A stretch of 62,989 bases of DNA, filler included. It is 6 parts of 6 records of this genome, joined end to end, with 100 filler letters (N's around TTAATTAATTAA, not from the genome) between each part and the next. Parts side by side here need not be neighbours in the genome. Positions count along the whole stretch, not along the records: positions 1 to 7,034 come from DRR723986_1792; positions 7,135 to 16,966 come from DRR723986_1793; 4 more parts are not named here. One strand, given 5' to 3'. A program made the translations under genes and the position numbers. Under the pieces are notes generated by a model. The model ran no database searches. It was given only the letters and a program-made list of their open reading frames with translations, and had not been told where the DNA came from. Below, one piece after another: positions 1-9,196 of the stretch; position 1 is the stretch's first letter; each line of letters begins with the position of its first letter.

Positions 1-1
1 C

Positions 2-1255
2 CGGCGCCGGACCGCCGAAGAGATCGGCAAGGACATCCGCGAGACCATGGCCGATATCGCCGGCATCGACGTGCAGGTGCTGACCGAAAGCGGCGGGCCG
101 ACCAGCGGCAAGCCGGTGAACCTCGAGGTTTCGGCCTCGAACACCGAGGATCAGGCGGCGGCGGTCGAGACGGCACTTGCGCGGATGGAGCAGGTGGGCG
201 GGTTCACCGACATCACCGACACGCGGCCTCTGCCGGGGGTCGAGGTGGCCGTGACCGTGAACCGGGCCGAGGCGGCGCGCTTCGGCGCCGACGTCAGCCT
301 GCTGGGGCAGGCGGTGCAGCTTCTGACGCAGGGCATCACCGTGACCGACTACCGGCCTTCGGACGTGGACGGGGAAATGGACGTGCGCGTGCGCTTCCCC
401 TCGGACGCGCGATCGCTGACCGAACTCACCAGCCTGCGGGTGCCCACCTCCGCCGGGCTGGTGCCGATCTCGAACTTCGTCAGCTTCTCTCCGGTGGAGC
501 GGGTGGGCGTGATCCGCCGCATCGACGAGCGCCGGGTGACGACGATCGAGGCCAACGTGGCGCCGGGCCTTCTGGTGAACGACCAGATCGTCGCCCTGCG
601 CAGCGCGCTCGACGGGGCGGACCTGCCGGACACGGTGGATTTCACCTTTACCGGCGAGGCGGAGGACCAGCAGGAGTCGATGGCGTTCCTCGTCTCGGCC
701 TTCGCCGCCGCGATCTTCCTGATGTTCGTGATCCTGCTCATGCAGTTCAACAGCTTCTACCAGAGCTTCGTCGTCATGAGCGCCATCGTCTTCTCCGTCG
801 CGGGCGTCCTCCTGGGGCTGATCGTGACCGGGCGGCCCTTCGGCATCGTCATGGGCGGCGTGGGGGTGATCGCGCTGGCGGGGATCGTGGTGAACAACAA
901 TATCGTGCTGATCGACACCTACAACGACCTGCGCAAGGCCGGGCAGGCCCCGCTGGAGGCCGCGCTGCGCACCGGGGCCCAGCGTCTGCGTCCGGTCTTC
1001 CTGACCTCCGTCACCACGGCGCTGGGGCTGATGCCGATGGTGCTGGGACTGAACATCGACTTCTTCGGACGCGATATCGTCGTGGGGGCGCCCTCGACGC
1101 AATACTGGACGGAGCTGTCCTCGGCCATCGCGGGTGGGCTGGCGGTGGCGACGGTGCTGACGCTGGTGGTGACGCCGGCCATGCTGATGCTGGGGGACCG
1201 ACCGCGCAAGGCGCGCAGGTTCTGGCGTCGCGCAGAAGCGTCCGAGCCCGCATAG
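2..1255 (+). CDS. RND efflux permease subunit (AcrB/AcrD/AcrF family), 5'-truncated
   Basis: C-terminal RND motifs GIVVNNNIVLID and RLRPVFLTSVTT; the frame is open to the window edge. Confidence 0.92.
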   Translation, partial: RRRTAEEIGKDIRETMADIAGIDVQVLTESGGPTSGKPVNLEVSASNTEDQAAAVETALARMEQVGGFTDITDTRPLPGVEVAVTVNRAEAARFGADVSLLGQAVQLLTQGITVTDYRPSDVDGEMDVRVRFPSDARSLTELTSLRVPTSAGLVPISNFVSFSPVERVGVIRRIDERRVTTIEANVAPGLLVNDQIVALRSALDGADLPDTVDFTFTGEAEDQQESMAFLVSAFAAAIFLMFVILLMQFNSFYQSFVVMSAIVFSVAGVLLGLIVTGRPFGIVMGGVGVIALAGIVVNNNIVLIDTYNDLRKAGQAPLEAALRTGAQRLRPVFLTSVTTALGLMPMVLGLNIDFFGRDIVVGAPSTQYWTELSSAIAGGLAVATVLTLVVTPAMLMLGDRPRKARRFWRRAEASEPA

Positions 1256-1460
1256 ACGGTGCGGACCGTGCAGCCGTAAGGCGCGGAGACCGGGGCGCGG
1301 CGCGCTTCGGGCCATCCGCTCGACCGCGGTGGGGTCTGGGGGGCGTCTTCGTGACGTCTGCGCCCGTCCCCGTGGAGCGCGGGAGCGGTCGGTGATGTTC
1401 AGCGGAAAGCCGAAACAAGCCGAGGCCCGGTCGGGAGGGCTGTCCGCCCCCTCGCGGGCG

Positions 1461-2690
1461 TCACTCGGCGGCGTGGGCGACCGGGGCGGGTCCCGGGATC
1501 GGCTCGGCTGTCGGCACGGCGGCCGGGGCCGGGGCCGGGCGGCGCGGCGCCTTCAGCGCCCGCAGGTGATCGGCGATCGCAGCCGCGCACCACAGAAGGA
1601 CAAGGCCCAGCGGCGGCAGCAGCACGCCGAAATGGGCCGGGTCGCCGTTGCCGTCCATCACCGCCTGAAAGCCCATGGACAGCACCGTGCCAAGGCCGAA
1701 GACCAGCAGCCCGTGCTGCCCAATCAGCCGAAGCGGCGCGGCAAGGCGGGCGCCGCAGGCCCGGGTGATCCACGGCAGGCAGGACAGCACGTAGACCAGC
1801 GCGAGGATGTGCAGAAGGCGCGGCACCGCGAGATAGGTCTTGTCATGGGTCACGAAGGTGCGGGGCAGACCAAGGTCGCCAAGGCGCCACATCTGGTAGT
1901 TCATGAACTTGCCGAAGGCGGGGATCTCCTTCCACGCCAGCACGAAGATCAGGAAACCGAGGCAGGTCAGGAACAGCGGGCGCGACCGCGGGACAAGCCG
2001 CTCTCCGCGCCGGTGGCGGATGCCGATGGCAAGGCCGAGGACGAAGATCACCTGCCATGTCAGCGGGTTGAGAAACCAGCCGCCATTGCCGGGGAAGTTC
2101 GGCACGTTCAGCCGCAGCACCCCCGCCACCAGCCAAAGCGCGCCCGAGAGCGCCAGCAGCAGCCCGGGCCGCCGGAGGCCGAGCATGATCGCGAAGGGCG
2201 CGGCCAGCAGCAGGACGACATAGCTGGGCAGGATGTTCACATAGCCGATCTGATGGCCAAGCAGGGGCAGGGCGGCCAGAACCGTCTCGGGGGTCTGGAA
2301 GATGCCCTTGAGGTTATGCTTGGTCAGCAGGTCCGGCATGGCGTAATGCGCGGCGGCGGCGGCGAAGATCGCGATGGTCGCGACCGTCAGCAGCATCTGC
2401 ACCATGTACAGCGTCCAGGCCCGCGACCACAGGGGCGCCATGGCGGGCCAGAGCCCGGTCTGCGCGCGCGTTTCGAACCGGGCGGAATAGGCGATCCCCG
2501 CCGCGATGCCGGACATCACGAAAAAGGCCTCTGCGGCATCGGAGAAGCCCCAGTTGCGCAGCGTCCACTGCTCGTAGGGATTGCCCGGCACGTGGTCGAT
2601 GAAGATCATCGCAAGCGCCAGCCCACGAAAGGCGTCGATGCGCGGGTCGCGGGGGCGCCTTGCGGCGACGATGGGGTCAGGCCGGGACAT
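1461..2690 (-). CDS. opgC: OpgC periplasmic glucan succinyltransferase
   Basis: RDPRIDAFRGLAL..IFIDH, WGFSDAAE, NILP, DKTYL motifs; last gene of the opg operon. Confidence 0.9.
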   Translation of the reverse strand: MSRPDPIVAARRPRDPRIDAFRGLALAMIFIDHVPGNPYEQWTLRNWGFSDAAEAFFVMSGIAAGIAYSARFETRAQTGLWPAMAPLWSRAWTLYMVQMLLTVATIAIFAAAAAHYAMPDLLTKHNLKGIFQTPETVLAALPLLGHQIGYVNILPSYVVLLLAAPFAIMLGLRRPGLLLALSGALWLVAGVLRLNVPNFPGNGGWFLNPLTWQVIFVLGLAIGIRHRRGERLVPRSRPLFLTCLGFLIFVLAWKEIPAFGKFMNYQMWRLGDLGLPRTFVTHDKTYLAVPRLLHILALVYVLSCLPWITRACGARLAAPLRLIGQHGLLVFGLGTVLSMGFQAVMDGNGDPAHFGVLLPPLGLVLLWCAAAIADHLRALKAPRRPAPAPAAVPTAEPIPGPAPVAHAAE

Positions 2691-4458
2691 GGGCGGCAGA
2701 GCCTTCGGCGGTCTCGGGCCGGTCGCGCGATGCGCTCCAACCGTCGAGAATGGCGGTGTAATCGGTCAGGATGGCGGGCGGGGCGGCCTCTTCGGGGGTG
2801 CCGAAGACGGACCGGGTCAGGCTGCGCGAGGAGAAGGCGATCAGCCACGGGGCGACGATCAGCGGCAGCAGGATCGGCAGCATCCAGACCGTCATGGCCG
2901 GGGCGAACCAGCCCACGACGCCAAGGCCCGCCATGCCCAACACGACGATCCAGAGCGACCCGCGCCATGCTTGCGCCACGGTGAGGAAGCCCTCTCCGCG
3001 CGCGTTGGCGGGCCATCCGCCGTCCTGTCCCGACAGCACCTGAAGCACGGCGCGGGTCTGGTACATCAGCAGGATGGGCGCCAGCAGGGAACTGAGCAGG
3101 ATCTCCGTCAGGACCGCCGCCAGCGTGCGGCCCGCCCCGCCATAGTCGCGCGCGCGGCCGGTCAGCACGGCCTCTGCCCAGATCGCGAATTTCGGCAGGA
3201 TCAACAGTCCCACGATGCCAAGGAACAGCGCGGTGATCTCCTTGCTGCGATCGCTTGGGAAGACCGGGAAAAGCTGGTGCGGCTCGGGGAAGTAGTCCGG
3301 CGGCACCGCCCAGATCGAGGCGGCGAGCGACCCCAGCACGAAGCCCGCCCACAGCAGGCAGACGAGGTACGACAGGATGCCCTGCAGGAAGACGAAGCGG
3401 CTCCACGGGGCGAGGCCGGGGGCGAACAGCAGGGCCATGTGCTGCAGGTTGCCCTGACACCAGCGCCGGTCGCGGCGGGCATGGCTGTAGAGGTTCTCCG
3501 GGCCTTCCTCGTAAGAGCCCTCGATCTGCGGATCGACCTCCACGCGCCAGCCGTTGCGGGCCAGAAGCGCCGCCTCGACGTAGTCATGGGACAGGATGTG
3601 CCCGCCGAAGGGCGGTTTGCCGGGCAGTTCCGGCAGGCCGCAGCTTTCGGCGAAGGCGCGCACGCGCACGATGGCGTTGTGGCCCCAGAACGGCCCGGTG
3701 GCGCCCTGCATCCGCGCCAGCCCGCGCGAGAAGACGGCGCCGTGAAACGAGGCCGCGAATTGCATGGCCCGTCCGAAGAACGACCGGGCAAAGACGATGC
3801 GGGGCAGGGTCTGCAACAGGCCAAGCTGCGGATCGGCCTGCATCCGCGCGATCATCTGGCGGATGGCCGCGCCGGTCATCAGGCTGTCGGCGTCGAGGAT
3901 CACGGCGAACTCGTACCGCCCGCCGGCGCGCCGAAAGAACTCTTCGACATTGCCCGCCTTGCGCCCACGCCCGTCGCTGCGCTGGCGGTAGTAGACCGCG
4001 CCCTGTCCGGTCGCCATGGACTTCAGACGGGCGAAGGCCTCGCGCTCGCGGGCGGCGGCGAAGGGCTCGCGGGTGTCGGAGAGCACCGCAAGATCCACTG
4101 ACAGCCCCTCGGCGGCCAGCGACCGGTCGATGGCGGCAAGGCGCGAGAAGGTGGCAACCGGGTCCTCGTTGCAGATGGGCATCAGCAACACGGTCGCGGG
4201 CTGCGGGCCAATGATCGTGGCAGGCTGGCGGGCACGGGCCGGTGCCAGACCCGCGAAGGCCAGCGACGCGCCCCAGCCCAGCCATGCGGTTGTGATCAGG
4301 ATGAGGACGGCGCGAAACCAGTCCAGCCCGTCCATGCCGTCCTGCAGAGAGGCCTCGAACAGCAGGCCGCTGGCCACGAGCGCAAGCGCCAGCGACACGC
4401 CGATGGCGAGGCTGCGCACGAGGCGGGTGCGGCCCGAGGCTGGCAGGGGGGCTGGCAT
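2677..4458 (-). CDS. opgH: Glucans biosynthesis glucosyltransferase
   Basis: MPICNED, GRKAGN, LDADS, ILSHDYVEA, RDRRWCQGNLQH. Confidence 0.95.
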   Translation of the reverse strand: MPAPLPASGRTRLVRSLAIGVSLALALVASGLLFEASLQDGMDGLDWFRAVLILITTAWLGWGASLAFAGLAPARARQPATIIGPQPATVLLMPICNEDPVATFSRLAAIDRSLAAEGLSVDLAVLSDTREPFAAAREREAFARLKSMATGQGAVYYRQRSDGRGRKAGNVEEFFRRAGGRYEFAVILDADSLMTGAAIRQMIARMQADPQLGLLQTLPRIVFARSFFGRAMQFAASFHGAVFSRGLARMQGATGPFWGHNAIVRVRAFAESCGLPELPGKPPFGGHILSHDYVEAALLARNGWRVEVDPQIEGSYEEGPENLYSHARRDRRWCQGNLQHMALLFAPGLAPWSRFVFLQGILSYLVCLLWAGFVLGSLAASIWAVPPDYFPEPHQLFPVFPSDRSKEITALFLGIVGLLILPKFAIWAEAVLTGRARDYGGAGRTLAAVLTEILLSSLLAPILLMYQTRAVLQVLSGQDGGWPANARGEGFLTVAQAWRGSLWIVVLGMAGLGVVGWFAPAMTVWMLPILLPLIVAPWLIAFSSRSLTRSVFGTPEEAAPPAILTDYTAILDGWSASRDRPETAEGSAAHVPA

Positions 4459-4465
4459 CGGGGCG

Positions 4466-4636
4466 TCAGACTGCAGGGTTACCGAAGAACAGGCGCAGCC
4501 AACCGCTCACCCGGGTGGTCTGGGTGCGCGTCAGCATCTGCGTCGGCATGGCCAGAGGCGCTTCGGGCGGCAGCCACCCCTGCATCTCGGCCTCGGCGCG
4601 CAGCGCCTGTTCCGTCAGGTCCGTATCGTGTTTCAT
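4466..4636 (-). CDS. opgI: Small OpgI-like protein (56 aa)
   Basis: ATGA overlap with the opgG stop; LPPEAPLAMPTQ; position matches the Rhodobacter opgGIHC operon. Confidence 0.7.
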   Translation of the reverse strand: MKHDTDLTEQALRAEAEMQGWLPPEAPLAMPTQMLTRTQTTRVSGWLRLFFGNPAV

Positions 4637-6240
4637 TCCCGCATCCATTGGTAGAGCCATGTCTCCGAGAGCACCGATCCGTATCCCTCCAGAGACGCCT
4701 TCAACTCGGCCGTGTCGCCGGGTTCCACCCGGGCCTCGACGACCAGCCGCCAAGTCCCTTGCGCGTCATCGAGGCGGGAGAGAACCGTTTCCGCGATCTC
4801 TCCCTTGATGATGCTCACGTTCCCTTGAACCTCTGCATCCCCCGGAAGTTCCCGCAAAATTCCCCCCGCGAAATCGATGACGAATTTCCGCCGATCGGTC
4901 GGCGTATCCACGCCGGAAACGCCGCCTTTTCCCACGCGGGTGCGCAGAATCCGGGCATGCTGCAAAGATCCGTCGCCCGGAGGCGTCAGCCCCCAGCGCA
5001 ACCTGTAGGAGACTTCCAGCTCGGTTCCGGCGGTCATGTCGCCCTGCGGAATCCAGTAGGCGACGATGTTGTCGTTGGCCTCGAGATCGGTCGGAATCTC
5101 CAGCAGCCGCACGATGCCGCGACCCCAATCTCCGATCGGCTCGACCATGACGGAGGGGCGGCGCTCGTAATGCGCCTGCGCGTCGAGATACTGCTCGAAA
5201 TCCCGCTCGCGCTGAACCAGCCCGAAGGACACCGGGCTTTGCGCGCCGATGTAGGAGCTTGCCAGCCGGGCGGGGTTGTTGAGCGGACGCACCAGCGTCT
5301 CGCCCGAGGGCAGGTTGATCACCAGCGCCTCGCTGTCGTGGACGGCGGGGCGGAAGTCGTCGAAGCGCCCGGGGTCGGCGCCGCCGAAGAGATACATCGA
5401 GGTCAGCGGCGCGATGCCCAGTTGCGCGATGTCGTTGCGCAGGAAGAGGCGGGCGGTGACTTCCATCGTGGTGACGGCGCCCGGGTGGATCAGGAAGCGA
5501 TAGGCGCCGGTGACGGACTTGCTTTGCAGCGCGGCGTAGATCGTCAGGGTCTCGTCCCCCTCGGCGGGACGCTGCAGGTAGAGTTCCGAGAAGCGCGGGA
5601 ATTCCTCGCCCTGAGAGACGCCGGTATTCACCGCCAGCCCGCGCGCGCTGAGCCCGTAGATCGTGTCGCGCCCAAGCGCGCGGAAGTAGCTCGCCCCGAG
5701 GAAGGTCACCAACTCGTCGAACTTGTCCGCCCGGTTGAGCGGCGCCATGATCCGCACGCCCGCGGCGCCCGGAAGCTCGAAATGCTCGGGGATCTTCCGC
5801 TCGAGCGAGGAATAATCGAAGTCGTCGGTGCTGAAGACCATCGGCTGCGCGGTCTCGTCGACCACCTCGAAGACATGCACCGGCTCGTTGAACAGCCAGC
5901 CCGGATGGAAGGCGTTCATCTGAAAGCGCGTATGGTCGGCCCAGCGATTGCGGTCGCGGGCGAAGCGGATGCGCTGGTACTCGTCATAGGTCAGCTCCGC
6001 CGTGAAGCCGGGCAGCTTCTCGGCCACCGCCGGCGGGTTGGCGGCCTGCTCCTTCATCCGGGCGCTCAGCCAGTCGAAGGAAAAGGGCGTTCCGGCGGAT
6101 GCGGGCTCTTCACCCTCCTGTGCCATGAGGCGAGGGGCCGCGAGCATGGCAGAAGAGGCCAGCAACGCGCCAAGGGCCTTGCGGCGGGTCAGGGAAAGGC
6201 CAGCACGGGCCGGGGTCTGGAACATGGGCGCCTCTGTCAT
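4633..6240 (-). CDS. opgG: Glucan biosynthesis protein G/D with Tat signal
   Basis: LTRRKALG twin-arginine signal; FLGASYFR, YGLSARGLA, EEFPRF, DFRPAVHDS, SETWLYQW; start could be 6225. Confidence 0.93.
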   Translation of the reverse strand: MTEAPMFQTPARAGLSLTRRKALGALLASSAMLAAPRLMAQEGEEPASAGTPFSFDWLSARMKEQAANPPAVAEKLPGFTAELTYDEYQRIRFARDRNRWADHTRFQMNAFHPGWLFNEPVHVFEVVDETAQPMVFSTDDFDYSSLERKIPEHFELPGAAGVRIMAPLNRADKFDELVTFLGASYFRALGRDTIYGLSARGLAVNTGVSQGEEFPRFSELYLQRPAEGDETLTIYAALQSKSVTGAYRFLIHPGAVTTMEVTARLFLRNDIAQLGIAPLTSMYLFGGADPGRFDDFRPAVHDSEALVINLPSGETLVRPLNNPARLASSYIGAQSPVSFGLVQRERDFEQYLDAQAHYERRPSVMVEPIGDWGRGIVRLLEIPTDLEANDNIVAYWIPQGDMTAGTELEVSYRLRWGLTPPGDGSLQHARILRTRVGKGGVSGVDTPTDRRKFVIDFAGGILRELPGDAEVQGNVSIIKGEIAETVLSRLDDAQGTWRLVVEARVEPGDTAELKASLEGYGSVLSETWLYQWMRE

Positions 6241-6597
6241 TCGTGGTCCGCACAAATAAGTGATTGCCGCAGCGCAGAAATCAAATGCCTCGGCGCCTTC
6301 GTGCCGCGTGCGCGGCAGATTTCCGCGCGTTTCGTCCGCGCAGCGTCGATCCATGCCCGTTTTGCCCATGAAAACAGCGGGTTCATGCCTGCGGAAAGGC
6401 GCTTGGGACAGTGAGACAGAACGAGGGACACGGCAGACGGTTTGAAACACGAAGCTCGCGACGCGCGAACGGCACAGCGCAGGGGCGCGCTGCATCGCGT
6501 GATCTACTCCTGCCGCAATGCGGCATCAACGGGATTCTGTTCTGCCACAGGGGCTTGCGCCTGCCAGAATGTCGCACCTGACGCAGCGGCGCGGGCG

Positions 6598-6637
6598 TTG
6601 TGACAAAACCGTCAAGGAAGTGTCACCGAACCATCAC
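6598..6637 (+). promoter_or_regulatory. Tandem Pho boxes (PhoB site) upstream of ugpB
   Basis: Four heptamers at an 11-bp period: TTGTGAC-N4-CCGTCAA-N4-GTGTCAC-N4-CCATCAC, resembling CTGTCAT. Confidence 0.7.
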
Positions 6638-6802
6638 GCGCCATGCCTAGAGGGGCCGGGTGCGCGGCCCGCAACCCCGGCCAACGGGGAGGGGCGGCGC
6701 AAGACGACAGGGGCAATCCCGATCCATTCGCCGTGCGGGCAAGGTGCCCGGCGGCATTCAGCGCAGGGCGGTCACGCGCCCGCGCCATGACCGGAGAGAG
6801 AC

Positions 6803-7034
6803 ATGAAACACTTCATCCAGTTCACCGCCGCAGCGGGTTTCGCGCTGACGGCGACGGCTGCCGTGGCCGAGACCGAAATCACATGGTGGCACGGCATGGG
6901 CGGCCATCTGGGCGATGTCGTCAACCAGATCGCTGCGGGCTTCAACGAATCGCAGTCCGACTACACCATCACCCCGGTCTTCAAGGGCTCCTACGAAGAG
7001 ACGCTGACCGCCGCCATCGCCGCCTTCCGCGCCG
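6803..7034 (+). CDS. ugpB: sn-glycerol-3-phosphate ABC transporter substrate-binding protein, 3'-truncated
   Basis: Signal peptide, then EITWWHGM..FNESQSDY..FKGSYEETLTAAIAAFRA; GGAG RBS. Confidence 0.85.
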
Positions 7035-7134
7035 NNNNNNNNNNNNNNNNNNNNNNNNNNNNNNNNNNNNNNNNNNNNTTAATTAATTAANNNNNNNNNN
7101 NNNNNNNNNNNNNNNNNNNNNNNNNNNNNNNNNN
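7035..7134. other. Artificial contig spacer (N run with TTAATTAATTAA)
   Basis: 100 nt; stop codons in all six frames; composition changes across it. Confidence 0.98.
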
Positions 7135-7184
7135 CCGGCCAATGCCGCCGCCAGTGCCGCGCTGAAAAGAAGTTTCTGGTTCAT
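7135..7184 (-). CDS. N-terminal signal peptide of a secreted protein, truncated by the contig end
   Basis: ATG at 7184 behind GAAGGTG RBS; reads MNQKLLFSAALAAALA. Confidence 0.6.
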
Positions 7185-7268
7185 ATCTATCACCTTCACA
7201 GTTTGTTTCAGGGTCCCCGAGCAATAACGCCAAGGACCCCGGGACGTGCTCATATCATTGGCAGGGAA

Positions 7269-7739
7269 TTACAGCTCGGCTGCTTCCACAGTTTTGATCT
7301 CCGGCCAGATGTCGTTGGCATTGGCGATGAAACCGGGCACATCGGTGAGCCAACGCTTCTGCACGTCTTTGTTCAGGTTCAGGTAGAGCTTGTTATCGAC
7401 AATCCGCCAGGCTTCGGGATCAACGTCGAACTTCTTCTCCATGGTTACGCCAAACGCGCAGTAACCACCGTACTGAGGCGCATAGGCACTGGGGTCGGCA
7501 CGGAACAGATCACGATTCTCGGCGCTGGAGAAATGGTAGATCGCGTTCTTGTAGGTGGCGGTGTATTCCGCAGAACCCTTGGTAGCTTCTGAATCGGAAA
7601 AGTAAGCCACAGGATCGTAGCCGCTGATGGCAACATCATTGGCGTCGGCATTCATGTCGATATCAGCAGCAAAAGCAACAGAGGCAGCGCTCATGGTAGC
7701 AACAGCAACGAAGGCACGAAGTTTGTTGAAACGAGTCAT
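7269..7739 (-). CDS. Secreted YHS domain-containing (seleno)protein family
   Basis: AISGYDPVAYF, FSSAENRDLF, YAPQYGGYCAFG, LYLN; GGAG RBS. Confidence 0.9.
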   Translation of the reverse strand: MTRFNKLRAFVAVATMSAASVAFAADIDMNADANDVAISGYDPVAYFSDSEATKGSAEYTATYKNAIYHFSSAENRDLFRADPSAYAPQYGGYCAFGVTMEKKFDVDPEAWRIVDNKLYLNLNKDVQKRWLTDVPGFIANANDIWPEIKTVEAAEL

Positions 7740-7849
7740 TGGGTATCTCCTTTGAATGAATGATGACTACGTCTGAAACATTAAGGCCTTGAGCGGTACT
7801 GAATGAGTACGATCGTTCAAACTTCTATGCCAATTATCTGGAGTGGCTT

Positions 7850-8722
7850 ATGGACAGGCTTTCTTACATTCTCGACCAACTTAACGTAAACGCCGGCGTG
7901 TTCTTTCGGGGTCAGCTTTGTGGTCTCGCTTCCTTTGAAGAAGAAGGAACCGGTTATATCCATGTACTGCGTTCGGGGGTGCTCGACATCATGGAAGGCA
8001 ATCGGGAGAAGATTACGCTCACCGAACCAACCATGATTTTCTCAGTGTCCTCTCAGCCGCATCAGCTTTTCGGTGCCAACAAGGAAGGCGCCGAGATAAT
8101 ATGCGCGTCAATCAAGTTCCAGACTGGTTCCCGAAACCCAGTCCTCCAGGCGCTGCCCCCTTCCGTTGTACTTCCCCTGTCTTCGGTTCAGGGCCTTGGC
8201 TCATTCGTAGATGTACTGTTCGCGGAGGCCGAAGCAGCCCAGGAGGGGCGGGACGCGGTTATGAACCGACTCGTTGAGGTGATTTTCGTGAATGTGCTAC
8301 GGCATATCGTTTCCGAAGGAGAAACACCCAAGGGCATGCTATCCGCGCTTGCGGACCGTCAGCTGAGCAAGGTGCTGAATTGCATCGACAGAAATCTGAA
8401 TGGAGATCTTTCTGTTGATAAGCTGGCTGAAGTGGCGACCATGTCCCGCTCAACCTTCATACAGCACTTCAAAAACGTGCTCGGCCTGGCACCTGGCGAA
8501 TACGTCCAGAATGTCCGAATCTCTGCAGCCAAGAAGCTCATCCTCAAAGACAAGCCCATGTCGATTATTTGTTTCGAAGTTGGCTATGAAGACGCCTCGG
8601 GATTTTCCCGGGCTTTCAAAAAGAATACGGGCATGACGCCTAGGGAATGGAAAAAGCTGAATGCCACAGCCGCCGAGGCTGAGGAGAATGGCAAAACTGG
8701 GGAAAATGCCAACGTGGCTTGA
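7850..8722 (+). CDS. AraC family regulator with cupin_6 N-terminal domain (RclR-like)
   Basis: MDRLS start; C-terminal double HTH (MSRSTF..F; VGYEDASGFSRAFKK..G.TP). Confidence 0.9.
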   Translation: MDRLSYILDQLNVNAGVFFRGQLCGLASFEEEGTGYIHVLRSGVLDIMEGNREKITLTEPTMIFSVSSQPHQLFGANKEGAEIICASIKFQTGSRNPVLQALPPSVVLPLSSVQGLGSFVDVLFAEAEAAQEGRDAVMNRLVEVIFVNVLRHIVSEGETPKGMLSALADRQLSKVLNCIDRNLNGDLSVDKLAEVATMSRSTFIQHFKNVLGLAPGEYVQNVRISAAKKLILKDKPMSIICFEVGYEDASGFSRAFKKNTGMTPREWKKLNATAAEAEENGKTGENANVA

Positions 8723-8736
8723 TCACTGTGAAATAT

Positions 8737-8773
8737 AAAAACGGGCAAGGATTCTCAATCCTTGCCCGTTTTT
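8737..8773. terminator. Bidirectional rho-independent terminator
   Basis: AAAAACGGGCAAGGATT-CTC-AATCCTTGCCCGTTTTT perfect hairpin between convergent genes. Confidence 0.88.
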
Positions 8774-8788
8774 CTTTTGGTGCAGCGT

Positions 8789-8959
8789 TTACTTCAGAAC
8801 AACCTGCCCGCGAATGACCTTTTGGCCACTGTACGGGCTACTGACGGACTGGCTATAGTCATCGATGTCTGACTTGCGGTCCGCCAGAGACGCGCTGGCG
8901 GAGGCGGAAATCAGGGCGATGGAGACAACAAGTAGTGCTTTGGCAGTTACATTTTTCAT
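8789..8959 (-). CDS. Small secreted hypothetical protein (56 aa; absent from the ORF track)
   Basis: GGAG RBS; MKNVTAKALLVVSIALISASASASLADRKSDIDDYSQSVSSPYSGQKVIRGQVVLK; Sec signal; ends at the terminator. Confidence 0.75.
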   Translation of the reverse strand: MKNVTAKALLVVSIALISASASASLADRKSDIDDYSQSVSSPYSGQKVIRGQVVLK

Positions 8960-9076
8960 GATGGGATTCTCCAGTGGTTGGTGTCTACAAGAGAAAGACT
9001 AACCACCGGTGCACTCCGAAAAATGGACAGGTGTTCTAGTTTATGGGCCGATTGTCCAATCCGGGATTAACCACGG

Positions 9077-9196
9077 TCAGTGGACCACAATCAAGCTCTC
9101 AGGCGGCCATGGCTTTTTCCAATACGCCTTTGCCACTGGCTCGATCACGCTTCGAATCCAGATAATGCCAGGGCCCCGGTCTTGGCGGGTGTGGGT
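9077..9196 (-). pseudogene. Possible C-terminal remnant of a LysR regulator
   Basis: Reads THTRQDRGPGIIWIRSVIE, resembling the WH..h.DPgh.WlR..i LysR tail; no start codon. Confidence 0.35.

Noticed and set aside
1329-6414. Long plus-strand ORFs (1329-2984, 2581-4101, 4648-6414)
   Set aside because: They are antisense shadows of opgC/H/G in GC-rich DNA with no recognisable motifs. The same applies to shadows over katG, proS and pepT.
7079-7090. TTAATTAATTAA recurring five times as a biological repeat or att site
   Set aside because: It is an artificial linker embedded in N runs.
7269-7739. Selenocysteine recoding in the YHS (seleno)protein
   Set aside because: The GGYC motif uses Cys and there is no in-frame TGA.
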